Source of the DNA: Blasia pusilla
Lineage: Eukaryota
Assembly (NCBI GenBank): GCA_050084515.1
Contig: CM114271.1
Location: 33,418,001-33,482,000 of the forward strand
Direction of reading: 5' to 3'
DNA: 64,000 bases
The notes under the pieces were generated by a model that saw nothing but the letters and a program-made list of their open reading frames with translations, did no database searches and was not told the DNA's origin. This document shows, one piece after another, positions 23,547 through 37,800 of this stretch. Position numbers and translations under genes: made by a program. How positions within the stretch are numbered: position 1 is the stretch's first letter; every line of letters begins with the position of its first letter.

Positions 23547-25164
23547 TTTCGTCCTGCTATTCTCCATGAACGTAAATCTTAAATGTTGCGAAATCATGAG
23601 TTCAATAGGACATGCTCTCAATGTTGATATGCATCCATACACACACTCATGTTAGTCGGGTATGGGTCAATCAGGGTTCTAACTCTTAGAGTTCTCCACT
23701 AGGCCTCTCATCAAGCTCAACCTTCCTAGTTTCTTGCTTTACAACACAAGCAAATGGCGTTTGCATGCCCGACCGGCCCAACTATCCCATGGATCTCTAA
23801 TGAGTCCCTAACCTAGGACATAGAGGACCGGGTCACTTGAGCTTGGAGCTAAAGGCCGCGTGGAAAGATTCACGTCTGAGACATCCTCATGTCTAAGGTT
23901 GAGCGCTTCAAGAGTCGCTATCTCCTCCTCTGGCTCGCGGTCAATCATTGGTTTGTCTCTCGGGTCTTTAGCTTGACTCACGACTTCCTTGGTAATTCAC
24001 CCTTGGTCGCCATTCTCGAGTCCTCGCCTTCTCAGATCTCCTCCTTGTCTCTTGCGTTCCTCCTCGAGCATCGAGATCTCCCCTCGAGCATCAAGGTTTC
24101 CTTCTCCTCAAAAATCCAGATCTTCACGCTCACCAATTATTAGCTCTGATACCACGTGTCGTATGCCTACTCTCCTTGGACATAAATCTGTAGTGTTGCA
24201 GAAGCATGCGTTCAGTTAGGACACGGTCTCAATGCTAATCTGCGCCCAAATACGCACTCATGCTAGTAAGGTCTGGGTCAATCAAGGCTCTAACTCTCCG
24301 AGTTCTCAACTTGGCTTCTCATCAAGCTCAACCTTCCTAGTTTCTTGCTTTACAACGTAGGCAAGTCTCTCTCAAGACTTGGGACAAACTTTCCGGTCAG
24401 TAAGGAACCTCAAACGGAGTTTGCATGCTTGGTGGTCCCAACTTTCCAATAAACCTTCAATGAGTCCCTAATCGAGACTCACCAAAATGAGTCACGGGTT
24501 ATAATCCAATTGTGGCTTTCGAAATCTACACCCTTGGATCAGGTTTCGGTTTCGATTCCCAACGCCAAACTCCCATTCCATCCCGTGTCTTTGAGCCGCC
24601 CTTTAGCGCCCAAAGTTGGGTCTAGGTCCCAAGAATCCTTGGAGACACTCCCCCTTAGTAGTACTTCTGGGAACCACCACACTCCCCCTAACTTTGGGAA
24701 AAGACAATCAGGCCCTTCATTTTGGCCCTCAACCCAACTCCCTCTACTGTCATTTTTTACAAATATCTCATCCTCTACTTATGCGTTTGCTAAGATCTTT
24801 GGTGCATTGGAACTGGCTTTGCATAAGCTTTCCAACACCACCTTACTTGTCCCAAACACATCTTGTAACTTAATGTTAAGGTCCAAAATATATTTAAACC
24901 CCAAACGCTAGTCGCTTTCCAAATTTGGTTCTCACCACTTTGGCAACCAACCTTCCTAGACTCAACTCATTTCAAGTTTTGGTTAACGTTTGGTCAAGGT
25001 TTCTTGGTCGCGACCATAAACACATGAAATGCGCAAACTCTATTCGCGTATTTCATCTCTTGGATTCTTCCAAGAGACCTCTCCAAAGCGCAACCATCCT
25101 AGCGTGAGTCCGCTAACATTATGATGGTCTTCTTGGCACTCGTTTGATTATGAGGGTCGTGACA
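23547..25164 (-). mobile_element. Internally deleted relative of the 6092 Gypsy: LTR (24157-25164), PBS (24143-24154), short internal piece, partial second LTR (~23547-23820)
   Basis: GCTCTGATACCA is the reverse complement of the iMet PBS. LTR ends match 6092 and 7089. 23640-23755 duplicates 24250-24365. Confidence 0.8.
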
Positions 25165-26011
25165 CCATCGAAGGGGGGGAGGGGGGGCATCCCACCCCAC
25201 CTCCCTCTTGCATATTGTTTTAAAGAAAGATAAGAAAAAGAGAATCATCTTCTTTTGTTCATCTTTATAATTAAAAGAGGATCGGGTTAAGGAAATCCTC
25301 TTCCATGTCCTTTCAACCCTAAATTAACATGGCCAAGGATTTGGCAAATGCCTTTCCCCTCACCCTTGCACATGCTTGCATCACACTAGTGGTGTATTTC
25401 TTTCTCTTTGCCTATCACCTTCAAAAATATTTTGTTGTGGCACAATGTGAGAGAACTCCAATAATTGCAATAGGTAAAAGAGCACAATCATTATGAATTT
25501 TTTATTATTTTCATTTGAAAGCTCTCATATTATTTTGATATCGTTACTATTCTTTTATTTTAGTTTGTCTTACATCATTCAAGATATTATTTTTGGTTTG
25601 TAATAGATTAGAAGAGAAAATGATTGGACGTGAATCGGGCGTCGTGGGGAGCCCTCGTTCCTTACGAGCGACCGCACGCTCTGTCGCCAAAGACGGGTTC
25701 GTGTTGCACAGCAGTATAACACTCACCGCACTTGCTGTGTAAGCAGTGATCGCAGAGCAACGTTTCGAAGAATTGTGTGCAGTGAGAGTGAGAAGAGGAG
25801 CCCTTTCCTTCCTAATAACAGCGCGGAGTGCGCGGAGTGCCTGACAGATGTTGAAGGAGAGCATAGAGAGAAAGATCGATCTGTGAGAAATTCGTGTCGT
25901 TTCAGGCCGAAGATTGGAGTGTGGGAGCAGAGGATCGGGAGTTCGTAGGGTTGCAGAGCGAGGTCGATTTGTGAGGAATTTGCGTTGCTCCGTGCTACGG
26001 TCAGTTCCAAG

Positions 26012-27457
26012 ATGGTGAAGATATGTTGCATTGGTGCCGGATACGTCGGAGGGCCGACCATGGCCATGATCGCATTGAAATGCCCAGACATTCAAGTGTA
26101 TGTGGTGGACATTTCCAAACCCAGGATCGCGGCGTGGAACAGCGATGAGCTGCCGATCTACGAGCCCGGTCTGGATGATGTGGTGAAGGCTTGCAGAGGC
26201 AAGAATTTATTCTTCAGCACCGAAGTAGAGAAGTACGTGGACGAGTGCGACATCGTGTTCGTGTCTGTGAACACCCCCACCAAGACTACCGGTCTGGGAG
26301 CTGGCAAGGCCGCGGATCTCACCTACTGGGAATCCGCAGCCCGAATGATCGCCGATGTATCGAAGACGGACAAGATTGTGGTGGAGAAATCCACCGTGCC
26401 CGTGAAGACGGCCGAGGCAATTGAGAAGATTTTGACCCACAACAACAAGGGGATCAACTTCCAGATCCTGTCCAACCCCGAGTTTCTGGCCGAGGGTACC
26501 GCCATCGAAGATCTGCAGAAGCCCGACCGTGTCTTGATCGGAGGCCGGGAGACCCCCGAAGGTCAGAAGGCAGTGGAGGCCCTCAAGGCCGTGTACGCAC
26601 ACTGGGTCCCGGAGGAGAACATCCTGACCACCAACCTGTGGTCGGCCGAGCTCTCCAAGCTCGCAGCCAATGCCTTTTTGGCGCAGAGGATCTCGTCGAT
26701 CAACGCCATGTCGGCGTTGTGCGAGGCCACCGGGGCCGACGTTTCGGAAGTCGCTTACGCCATCGGCAAGGACTCGAGGATTGGACCCCGGTTCCTGAAC
26801 GCCAGCGTGGGATTCGGGGGTTCTTGTTTCCAGAAGGATATCTTGAACTTGGTGTACATCTGTGAGTGCAACGGGCTCACGGAGGTCGCCAATTACTGGA
26901 AGCAGGTGGTTTCTATCAATGACTACCAGAAGAGCCGCTTCGTGAGGAGGGTGGTGTCGTCCATGTTCAACACCGTGTCAGGGAAGAAGATCGCCATTCT
27001 CGGATTCGCGTTTAAGAAGGACACCGGTGACACCAGGGAGACCCCCGCTATCGATGTGTGCCACGGGCTTCTCGGAGACAAGGCTCTGCTGAGCATCTAC
27101 GACCCGCAGGTGACAGAGGAGCAGATCAAGCGCGACCTTTCCATGAACAAATTCGACTGGGACCATCCCCAGCACCTGCAGCCCCAGAGTCCCACCAGCC
27201 TCATCAAGCAAGTGAGCGTCGTGTGGGATGCGTACGAAGCCACTAAGGGCGCGCACGGCATCTGTGTCACAACCGAGTGGGACGAGTTCAAGAAGCTGGA
27301 TTTCCAGAAGATCTACGACGGCATGCAAAAGCCCGCTTTCATCTTCGATGGCCGCAATGTGCTCGACATCGAGGCTCTTCGCAAGATAGGCTTTATCGTG
27401 TACTCGATCGGCAAGCCTTTGGACCCATGGGTGAAGGATCTACCCGCATCCGCTTGA
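26012..27457 (+). CDS. UGD: UDP-glucose 6-dehydrogenase (481 aa, intronless CDS)
   Basis: [18 protein letters not shown] (Rossmann GxGxxG), [30 protein letters not shown], and [10 protein letters not shown] with the catalytic Cys. Intact, with high GC3. Confidence 0.98.
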   Translation: MVKICCIGAGYVGGPTMAMIALKCPDIQVYVVDISKPRIAAWNSDELPIYEPGLDDVVKACRGKNLFFSTEVEKYVDECDIVFVSVNTPTKTTGLGAGKAADLTYWESAARMIADVSKTDKIVVEKSTVPVKTAEAIEKILTHNNKGINFQILSNPEFLAEGTAIEDLQKPDRVLIGGRETPEGQKAVEALKAVYAHWVPEENILTTNLWSAELSKLAANAFLAQRISSINAMSALCEATGADVSEVAYAIGKDSRIGPRFLNASVGFGGSCFQKDILNLVYICECNGLTEVANYWKQVVSINDYQKSRFVRRVVSSMFNTVSGKKIAILGFAFKKDTGDTRETPAIDVCHGLLGDKALLSIYDPQVTEEQIKRDLSMNKFDWDHPQHLQPQSPTSLIKQVSVVWDAYEATKGAHGICVTTEWDEFKKLDFQKIYDGMQKPAFIFDGRNVLDIEALRKIGFIVYSIGKPLDPWVKDLPASA

Positions 27458-29199
27458 GCGCGTCGTCATTGACCATCTAGATGGATCAAAAAATCTTGTA
27501 TAGATGGGAAGTTCTGAGAGACTTTCTTCCTCTGTTCTACTTACCGATATCGGATATGCGGATGGACTCCAATTTCCAAAGGAACCAGTCGCCCACATTC
27601 ATCTGTTCCTCCTTACGCGCAGAAATCGGACCCCGTGCAGTAGTTGATTGGGAATGTGACGATGGCTCTTCTCATTCACCCTCATTTATCATTTCTGTTC
27701 CACATTGTGAAAGTACTGCAGGAAGATGTTAGTGGATGGAAGAAGGATCTTCACTCAGTAGACTAGCTTGTAGGTGGAAAAGTTCAGTGATTGATGGGCT
27801 GAAACCGAGTAGTATAGGAGTACTTCTCTGAGGCCTAAATGGGAAACCACTCAGACAATTACACAGCTAGTTGAGAACATTTCTCCAACCTCCTGGTAGA
27901 ACCTGTAGCACATGGACAAGCCATTTGAGAATTCCTGCTTTTCAACCCATTTGGTGGCTGACATCTAGATTGCAGACAGAAGCATAGCACACCCGTATTA
28001 GTGCAGTCTTCTAGGATCAATGCCAGTTGGAATTCAATTTTTTTCAAGAACTGACTGTCTCAGTTCTTGTCTAGGACCATGACCTAGTCTTGGATCTGCA
28101 ATAAAAAGCACTTGCACCTTCAGTTGCGGAATAGCCAAGATTTAATTCTAAGACATAATCTGGTTTTCTCGTTCGATTGTTCCGCAGTCAGCCCCCCATC
28201 GTCGGTGTTTTGAGCAGTCTTTTGAGCACACTGAACCGATGCATTCCTCGTCTCTCTTGACGGTTTCCAGGGATGTCCTTGGGGTTCCTGTTACTCGGAC
28301 AGCGGGTGTAGGATTCTGGTATCTTTCTTGCTGTGCCCGTTGCGCTCGTGTGCAGTGTGACCACTATTTCCAGCTCCGGCATCCTGAGCATTTCCTGAGG
28401 TTTTGTTTCCGAATGAGTTTTACGACTCGTCTGTAACCAGGACATCAGGTCGATCGACTTCTTTCTCATGTCCCGAGCATTTGACAAAACATGACACCTT
28501 GGAATCAGGTAGAGAAGCCATAGGTTCAGCTGGAAAACTCGGCCACCGAGAGTTTATTCTCGCTGTTGTTCCTCCAATCATGGTCATCTCTTTGTTGTCC
28601 GTCTCCAGGAAGGCAGACGGGTTAGTCGTCTTTCCTGCCCAGGCCTTCTTCCGGGACTCTAGTCAGATTCACTGCCTACGTCTGTCCTAGTGCATGACGT
28701 ACGCTCCCTCCTTCCTGGTCCCACGGTTGGTCCCACAGATTCCTGAGAAAGCACACCTCCACAACTTCGGATACCGAATTTCATCGGGCGATGTCTGTGA
28801 TGTGTGTATTTATGCCTGTGATGTGACGTTATTGAATGCTTCCGTTCCCAAACTACTACTCGATCTGTCGTTTTTTGTGGCGTGTGGCGTCCCTCCGCGT
28901 GAGCTGGCGTTGTTTCGGCACGTCTTCAGCGCTTGGTTGAATGTAGCGTGGTGGAACCGTACATGCCCGCCGGGTGTACTCTGGGCTGGGCTGGGCTGGG
29001 CTCAAAGTAGAGGAGCTGGAGGGGCTCCAGTGATCTTGCCTTCGTGCCGCGTTGGCCCCCGCGAAGGGGACCAAATCTTCCTGCGCTGACTCTCTGTAGT
29101 TGTAAACAGTAACTAAATCTCCCCCTCCCTTGTGCCCCTTGTAGAGGAGGTCCGGGGAGTTTTTTTACGAGAGGGGGTTAAGTTTCTGGCAAATGGTTG

Positions 29200-32100
29200 A
29201 ATACATCAGTAATTTGATCAGTTTAACCGGTCTCAAAAGGTAACATTTGAAATCGCCGGGCAATTTTTTGGTGTTTTTTCATTTTTCCGTTATTTTCCGA
29301 AATTTAATTTTTTTCCACAGTTCATTTCCGATCACTCGGAATGTTGTTAGACCGATATCCGGGATTTTCAAAACCAACCGGAAAAAATTTCACGACTTGT
29401 TTGAACTTCACCCTCTTTTGAACTCCTTTTCTATTAGACTTCAACTCTTTTGGAATCATGACTTCATCTTTAATGTAGAGATTCATTTCAAATCATTTTT
29501 TCACTAAATCATCCTTGGCAAGAATTGAACCCGACTAGGCCTCCCACCAGTTGGGAGCCAAGGATCTTTCCTCTCCATAATACATTGAAGCTTTTGAAGA
29601 AAAAGCTTCAATGTATTAGAAAAGGGACCCCTAACCGTATACTTTCCCCCCTCATCTTACACATCCACAACAACTTCACTCGGGTCTAAAACATCTAAAT
29701 TTATACGGACCTCTGGTGGAATTTCTATCTCAGAAACATATCTCTCAGGATTGGCATACACATACCTAAAGTGTGCAGAATTCTTCCAAAGAACTACAGA
29801 TTCAACCAAAAAAGTTGCACGATCATCTATTTTCCCCTCTAAGGCAATCCTAAGAATAGCATCCAAATACTTTGTCAATAATCTATTCCTACTTTTAGTC
29901 TTAATCACATTCTGCACAGAGAAGGCTCTCTCGCAAATAGCAATACTAACACAATGTACCCTAGCAATGTTGGCTAAAATGAGCAAGTTAGAGAACTTAC
30001 ATTGCAAGGACGGGTTCCAATTTACCATAGCCCACAAGTCCTTGAAGTTTTGATCTTTCCACTCCGTGGTGGCCATGAGCTTAAATGATTGAAACTCTTG
30101 TTTCACGGCTGCTACACTCAGTAAAGAAGGTTGCAAGTGACCTTTGAAGGGTAAGTCCGTCCCAAAATGTGCACAGAGGTCATCTAATTCCTTACAACCC
30201 CACCTACTCAATCCCACTTGCCTTGAAGGCATGTGTAGAGGATTCATTATCCTCATAGCACTAATCAAATTGTTATCCTTAAACTGATCTTGTAAAGCTG
30301 CACAAACACTCTCAGAAAAATTCTTTTGAAACGACAAGGCAGCCTCTAAATCCTTCCCGGTCCGATTCCTCAACATTTCAATACTATGAAACTTTCTGCC
30401 CCTAATCTCAGACTGTAAACGTTTCAAATACCCACCTAGAGGACCAAAGTCTGGTAGAATGTGATACCCAATTTCTTCAGAGAAAGTTGAGGCATTCAGA
30501 TCAGGGTTCTCCATTTAAAAATTCATTGTTATGGAAGCTATTTCAGAAGTCACTATGCTATCTATGGTACTAACATCTACAAACTTATATTGGAACACCT
30601 TACTCAAGTTAGCAAGAAGAAACAAAATATCTGCCAAAAAGTACAACTGATAGATCATCTGAAATGATTTGAGTTTGTTATATAAATTTACAGCATTACC
30701 ATCATCTTCCGAGAGCGAGATATCTCTGAAATATGCAAGGACAGATTCCAAGGAGTCACATAAAGTAGTAACCAACGAATCTGCCAACGTGACAACCAGC
30801 GAATCCTGTGGTACCTCTTTATCACTTTCTGAGAATCGTTCAACTTCTCTTGCAAAGTTGCAAGACTGCACTTCCTCTTGGATGACCTTCTAAAATATCC
30901 AGCTATTGCATTCAAGATTAAATCTACTTCTATAGATATTTCCTTACACCCTACACCTTTTTCTCGTGTTAAAGCAACGAGGTTCGTCCTGTGCGCCACA
31001 CAATGCACAGACAACATAAAAGGATTTAACTTCTGTTTCAGCTAAGATGCTACTCTGTTTTGGCTTCCTACTATAGTAGAAGCTCCATCAGATCCAAAGG
31101 CCACCAATTTTGATCCCTCTAGTCCCGAATCCTTTATCAAATCCAACAAATTGTTACTGATTGCGTTCAAACATTTCTCTAGATATTGTAGCAATCCTAT
31201 AAAACAACTCTCTACCTAGCCCTCATCTAAGTAAGTTGCAAATACAACAAGGTGTCCAGTGACAGATATATCTATGGACTCGTCAATCATTATCCCAAAG
31301 AAAGGAGATTGTTGCACTTTAGAGAGGTTCCTCCTGAGAAGAACCTGACTAATATAATAACACATATCAGCACAGCTTTTTTCATCTTGGTACAAGTCAC
31401 GGATAATAGGTGCATTCACACAAATCAGTAACTTACACAGATTTGAGAACTTTGAAAATGGCAAGGCTTCCTTTGCAACGAAATATGCACATTTGAACAT
31501 AGTCAAAAGTGCAAGATCACAAGTCCGATTTGTAGTGGCTATAGCCCTGGCCATGGATCTGTTCCCCACATTCACAGCCCATGAAGCTTCATGTGCTCAT
31601 TTGACTTACCATGATCTGTGAAGGCTGAAACCTTACAGTTAATGGCACCATCCCTAGCAAAGGAGCTTATCCCCTTACCCTATGTACAAACTTTGCAAAA
31701 AATCCGACCAGATTCTACATGGAATTCTATCCAATCGAACAAAGTATACCAAACATCCTTCCAAGCCAATCTATTTTTCTCACTATGACTTATAGGAGGA
31801 GTATTCAATTTTTCCCCTTCTCTCCCATCCGATGATCGTGACCTACTGTTCTCCTCTGCAAAGTCTTGACTAACTTCCTTGTGTAGCATCTCATTCATAG
31901 TTCGATGTAGAAGCTCAGAGAGTGCAGAACTATGACGTAGATACTAAAATATGGTGTAAAGGACCTACTATATTCTAAGTACAATTTTTCTGTTACTGTT
32001 GTGCAAGTTGCACAACATAAACTTGTCACTTAGTAGGTGCTAAAGAAACAATGAAGCTCAAGAAGATGCGGATCTGAAAAGAACTTAAACCTCAAGACTC

Positions 32101-33415
32101 GGAAAAAGATACTATCAGCCAATGCAATGTGTTATCAAACACACCTAATTCCCTAAGGTCCCTTATCCCGGCTCGGATTCATGTACATTCAAAGTTCTGA
32201 AACCACGACTGCCAATACTCAAGTAGCAACAAAGAGCACAAGGGCACAAACACGAAGACTTCAAAGTTCAAACACGGTAGCGGGTTAGTGGAGCTTCAAA
32301 GTTCTACCAGTCGGAGTCCCCGAGTGTGCAGCTCAAGCCTGGTGAGACTCCACTGAGCCAAGGAGACTCAAACAACTCAAGTCAGGACTGGACTAGAGAA
32401 AAAATGGTTGGACGAGCGCGGAACCGGAGTCTACTAAAAGAGCTCGGGCCTCGAAGAAATCAGTAGCAGGTCGAAATCGGGCCTAGACGAGAGCAGCTCA
32501 ATTGCATGGAGCACAAGAGAGTCGGGCGGACTCGGGCCTGGACGAGTCATGGATTCAACTCAAGAGTCTCAAGTTGGTCTAGACGGGAGCATCTCGAGAG
32601 AGTCGAGCCTGCACGGGAGCTGATCATGGTTTAGGGTTTAGGTCGAGCCTACACGGGAGGAGTGCATCACACAGTAGAGATTTGAGCGTGGAAAAAAATG
32701 ATGGCAAGAGCAAGAGCAGTATGCGCTTGAGTCTAGCGACTCCGGCCTGAACAAAGTAAAGACCAAGCAACAACGCAAAAACATGGAGGATAGAGTTTCA
32801 GTGAGCAAACACCAACAAGCAGCGCCGCCAAGAGAGAAAGGAGCGAGCAGAAGCAGCCCTTCACGAATGAGCGAGTAGCAGCAGCAACAGTGCTTCACAA
32901 ACAAGCAAGCATCAACATTGTTGAACAAGCGAGCAACAACAACAGTGTTGAACGAGCGGAGCAGCAGCGCTTCACGAACAAGCGAGTCTCATCAAAGAAG
33001 GTGGCATGCAAATGGCCCCCCCTCGAATCCCCCTTACCAACTACCCCTTGGGCCCCTCGGATGCTCGGACGCTGAGAGTCTCAAGTCCGAGACTAAAGAC
33101 TCCTGACTTGGCGGCTTGCCCTAAGTTGGAGGGCCTCAATTTAATCCAGAATTTTTAGTTTACCGGCAGTCGGAAACTGATGCGGCAACAAACCGGCACA
33201 AACTTTCTGATTGGCAGCCAAAATCCGGACAGCATGTTGCCGAAACGGCGCACGTCAGTCACATATATCCCAGGATTCAGCAGAAAATTGCCTTATCCCT
33301 CTCCGGCCAGCAGTTTTTTGGGATACCTCCAAGCCCTATCGGAATTGCATCCGGACTTCTCTGAATTTTCCCAGAATTCCTAAAATTTTCCCGACTAGGT
33401 CAATACGTAACCTCG
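29200..33415 (-). mobile_element. hAT-superfamily DNA transposon (degenerate)
   Basis: Contains a transposase pseudogene and CCGG-rich subterminal regions (29220-29400, 33160-33400). Candidate right terminus CGTAACCTCG (33406-33415). Left TIR and TSD not found. Confidence 0.65.
29657..31900 (-). pseudogene. hAT transposase (ZNF862-like: N-terminal zinc finger, DDE core, hATC dimerisation domain)
   Basis: WYTLFDWIEF...IFCKVC; AKEALPFSKF; FFGIMIDESIDIS; LVAFGSDGAS; VHCVAHRTNL; RWLSR; CERAFSVQNVIKTKSRNRL. Broken into several frames. Confidence 0.9.
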
Positions 33416-33769
33416 GTTCTGCCGTTCATTGCCTTATAGCCGGAGACCATCTGTGCAGCCCGGTCCTCCAGGTGCAGATCTAGATGCTAGTGTCAAGCCG
33501 GAGGCTCGGAATTTCTCATCGTCTCCCGAGAAGCCCACGGCCAAACTGTTCTCATTTTGAGGGTGTCTCACACCGGAAGCGTCTCACTCGTTGTATCAAA
33601 AGAGAACATATAAACTTTAGTAGGAACTTGGATGGAAAACCCATCGGGACACAAAGGAGGGGGACATAGAGAGCCAAAATACCCACTAGCCAAAACCGGC
33701 CCCGAAGAGACAAAAGGGGGGCATTCCCCCCTTACGACCAAAATCACCAACAGCAGAGACAATATCAAC

Positions 33770-34800
33770 AACACCTAGAGGACCATGGCTACTTTTAAGT
33801 GGGCCTCTAGCATTGGCGTCTCCAACCGCCTGAGCTTGACATAAAATCCCATTTGCGTGGGCATGCTGCAAAGCTATGGAGACCCGTAGTCTACAATAAA
33901 GTATCGTAGTGGCTAAGAACAACCCATTTCTCGACTAGAGATGATGGGCGCAGTCCGTAAGGAACGAGTAAAATCTCTCCCCCATAGCCGCGTACATCTC
34001 AATGGCTAGGGGGATAAATCGATGTTCGTCATGAAGTCAACTATAAATGTGGGTCTTCTTTACCGCCGCCGCTGCCGTCGCCAGTCCTTGTAGCAATCTC
34101 CCTTGTGCCACCACTTAGGCTCGCACCGCCTCCCGCGTAGGATTTGTTACTACAACATCCGCTACCACCACCTAAGACTCCCGCGTCATGTAGAGATCAA
34201 CACGGATAAGGGAATCCTGCGAGGCTCCGGCGAGGCGGTGACACTTGCAATATGTCGAACTAACCACCGATGATTGGGGGAGGCCCAGTTGGAACCGCAT
34301 CGCTGTAATATAGGTAAGTGGTGCGATACAGAAAGTCGGGATGAGGGGGCGAGCCCCCACCCATGAGCATGCCCCCTTTCCGGAGCAAGAGCAAATATTA
34401 CGGGATGAGGGCCCGAACCTCCATGGGGATATTCCCATCCGACATAATAGCTCTAAACAATGCCTCAAAGTAGGCTTCCATCAAAGAAGATTGGAGCTTA
34501 GACTATCCAAAGGCAACAAGAGAAGAGAAAGTGGGAAGAACTGATCTAGCCTTAACTAGAAGGGAGTCTCTACAAGCTGTGAGTGAAGACTGAAGTGGAT
34601 AAAGACCATCCTCAACCTCGGAAACGTACTATAAAAGTAGCGGTCTATCCCTAACCAAAAATCAGGAGCAAAGGAGGGGTGGTACAATGGCCCAACTCCC
34701 TAAAAAAGCCAAAGATGCCACTAACTCAGTCGCTATAAGACCTACTCCACCAAAGGCAATCAGCCAAAATCCTGTCTACGAGCTAAATCCCGCACCTAGT
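33770..34800 (-). mobile_element. 3' fragment of a non-LTR retrotransposon with a restriction-like endonuclease (CRE/R2-group-like)
   Basis: Hand translation: GGVGL...AFLGSW; MRFQLGLP...YCKC; IRVDLY...VVADVVVTNP...AAVKKTHIY...RFIPLAIEMYA...RVSIALQHAHA. Confidence 0.75.
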
Positions 34801-37800
34801 CCCCCGCGGGGCACTCTAAGGAGCCGCGTCCTAGTAGATCCCCGCACGCCGGCATGATCTTTCTATCATATCAAATCAAATCCTTGCGCTTTAGCGTGCC
34901 ATATGCGTGAACCCCCACGTCCACGTCTGTTCTTCATGGATGCAAGCCCGAGCCGAGGTTTCCTTAGATGGCTCGCAACAACGGAGATGTAACCAGCGTC
35001 TCTTTTCACGACTTTCATTATTGTGGGCTTAGACGAGCGAACGCATGAAAAAGGAACAATTTCAAAGTGAGAACCAACCTTCATGATGAAAAGAGATCAT
35101 TTCATGATTCCAAACTAACAAGGAACATGCAAAGAAGGAATGATTTCATGATTTGAAAGGTTTAAACTTAGAAAGAGGAGACAATATATGAAGAACATGA
35201 ACGATAACCCATCCGAAGTACAAGGAGGGGGACTCAAAGAGGCTGGAAACACAAGTACACATTGAGCGGGGCAATGGAAAAAAAGAAAACCCCAAAAAGT
35301 AACATCGTACAGGCTGAAAAGATATCTACTAAACCTAAAAGGGAATACGTAAAATAGGGGGGTCATTTGAAAGCCCTTGAATGCAAGCATTTGACATTAA
35401 ATGAGGGAATAATTTGAAGGCCATGCAAGGCATTCAATCTTGGAAAGGTTGATGGTAAAATTCCTCATCCCTTGTCATTGTATGTTAATGCCTACAAAAT
35501 GAGAAAATCAATCATTAATTGCAAAAATAATATTGCTTGATAGAGGAGGGAGTTGTTTTTAATATCTAATATGCCCCGAGCGGAGAAATCACGAAAATTG
35601 TTTAACGATTTAGAATTAAAAAATAAGTTAGAGAAAGAAAAGGGAAATTATTTTCAAGATAGAAAATGGTAAGATGTACTTAAGTACTAAAGTAGGGTTG
35701 AGTAGGGACCCTACTCACTAGTTCAAAGCATATCAAAAGTAATTGGCATGAGCACATCTCCGAAAAAACACTTTGAAGAAAGAGAGTTTATATCCTTAAG
35801 TGCAGGTGAGATGCGCTTCAAGGAAAGAACCTATCAACCTTGTCATCCATAAATTCACACAACACTTATAAATTTCGAAGGTAAGAAGGGAAAAAATATT
35901 GTATAATTGGATTTTCTTCTTAAAAAATGTCTAAACTAATTGATTTTTAATTTTTACAAATCAGATTGCTTCTCAAACTCATGAAACCCATAATGTTTAG
36001 GAAAGGGTTCTAATGTGTTTTATATATATATGATGAAACTTGTCATCATAACACAAGTTTATATGTATTGTAAAGTTGGAGGGTACCTTGTTGTACCTTA
36101 CTATTACATCATTATGTTGAAATGCCTTTGTATGCTCATGAATATATTTGCACATGACATGGTATGCATGATAGTCTAATGTGTATATCAATGTGTAGCA
36201 CACAAAAAAAGATGTCTCTGTTGGCAGATTTTTTGTACATATGTGAATGTAGGAAGGTACTTGTTTAAGTCAACCTGGTCTTTATGAGGCTCAAACAAAT
36301 TTTTATTGTAGAAAAAATACTCTTAATGCAGAAATATATCTCTATACTAAGAAGCACTACTAAGAAAATCTTGGTAGAATAAATATCACAGTAACTCATT
36401 GAATCCCCCAAAACATCTAAAGTATTAAATCCATATGATCATCTCTGGCTAGAAGCCCCTTAACACTAAAATTAAGGGTTCTTTAGTGGCCCAAGAAATT
36501 CCCTTGTAAAAAAAAGTTTAAATTTCCAGGGTGATATTCCAATCTGATGTTTGTAAAACATTCCTTGTTTTTTTTTCATTTGGAGCTTACATTTGGAAAG
36601 AAATGAATACCCTATATTGCATATGTCATTGAATGTTAGAACAATGAGAAAAACTTTTTTTGAAGAGTTTTATTTCCCTTATAATAGCATGAGGTATATT
36701 TTTATACTTTTATTTCCCTTATAATAGAGTAAGAAAATTGTAAAACATAGCGTTTCCAGTGGTGGTTGGTTTTAGATCTCCTACAACCATGGAGCAATCT
36801 ATATCCCACTTTATGTACTGGGATGGAGATACTCTAAGGTTCTTCCTAAACTCTATATTTGGTTGAAGCCTTCAACTCTTGGAAAGTCTCTTCACACCTA
36901 ACATCCATCTTTCAACCTTTTAATGTATTTTATGAAGAGTTTGATTCTTTGTTGAGCCATGTGAACCAATGAGACCTTAGTGCTTGGGTGGATTAGACTA
37001 TAGGGTATTGTGTTTGCTTACTAATATAATCAACGAATCATTAGTTTTAGAAGAAGAGGAGATAACAAGATACATATTTATCTGAAGTTATTGTAGGTGC
37101 TTTTTTAGAATTTATCGTATTAAATGGATCTTTGACATGAAGATATTGCTAAGATAACAAGTGAGATATACTCGGATGGGTTATTATTTCTTTGGGCAGA
37201 ATTCCCCCAAATTTCCAATTTGAGATGGACACGTACCACTTACTTTCCACATTGAGTAAAGTGACAATCAATGTTGAAATCTATGTTTTAGGTGTACTCC
37301 CACCTTATTCTTCATGGTGCTATTCACACGATCCAAGCTTTCATACTATTCGATAAATGTACTTTGGCATATAATCTAGAAATGATACCGTGTCCCTTTT
37401 ACTAAAAATCATGTAGGAAAAAATTTTCTTTGAAGACTAGAGTGGCTAGTTATATGCAATTTCATTTTGATGCAAATTAACATAAAATTATAGTTTGCAA
37501 GTTTTAAGAGCCACAAAATAGTTGCATTGAACTCGCAAAATTAAGAATTTGACTGGAAAATTTTGATTGCAATGTACATCGGAAATTCTATTTTCTAACA
37601 CTTGCAAGTCAATCAAACTTTAGTCATAATTCAATGACAAAATAGTTGCAAGATGCTCATAAATTACTTGCAACACTTTCATAGCTTTGTGAGTCATTCA
37701 CAAGTGATTATAAATCTACTTAGTTGCAAAATATAACTTGCCCACAAAGGAGTCTCCCAAAATCTACAGAAAAAGTCTCTAAATAGCACATCCAAGTGGT

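Noticed and set aside
25985-26011. N-terminal extension of UGD in the ORF track
   Set aside because: It starts at TTG; the conserved plant UGD start is MVKICCIG at 26012.
25547-27328. Antisense and alternate-frame ORFs overlapping UGD
   Set aside because: Shadow ORFs caused by high GC3 codon bias.
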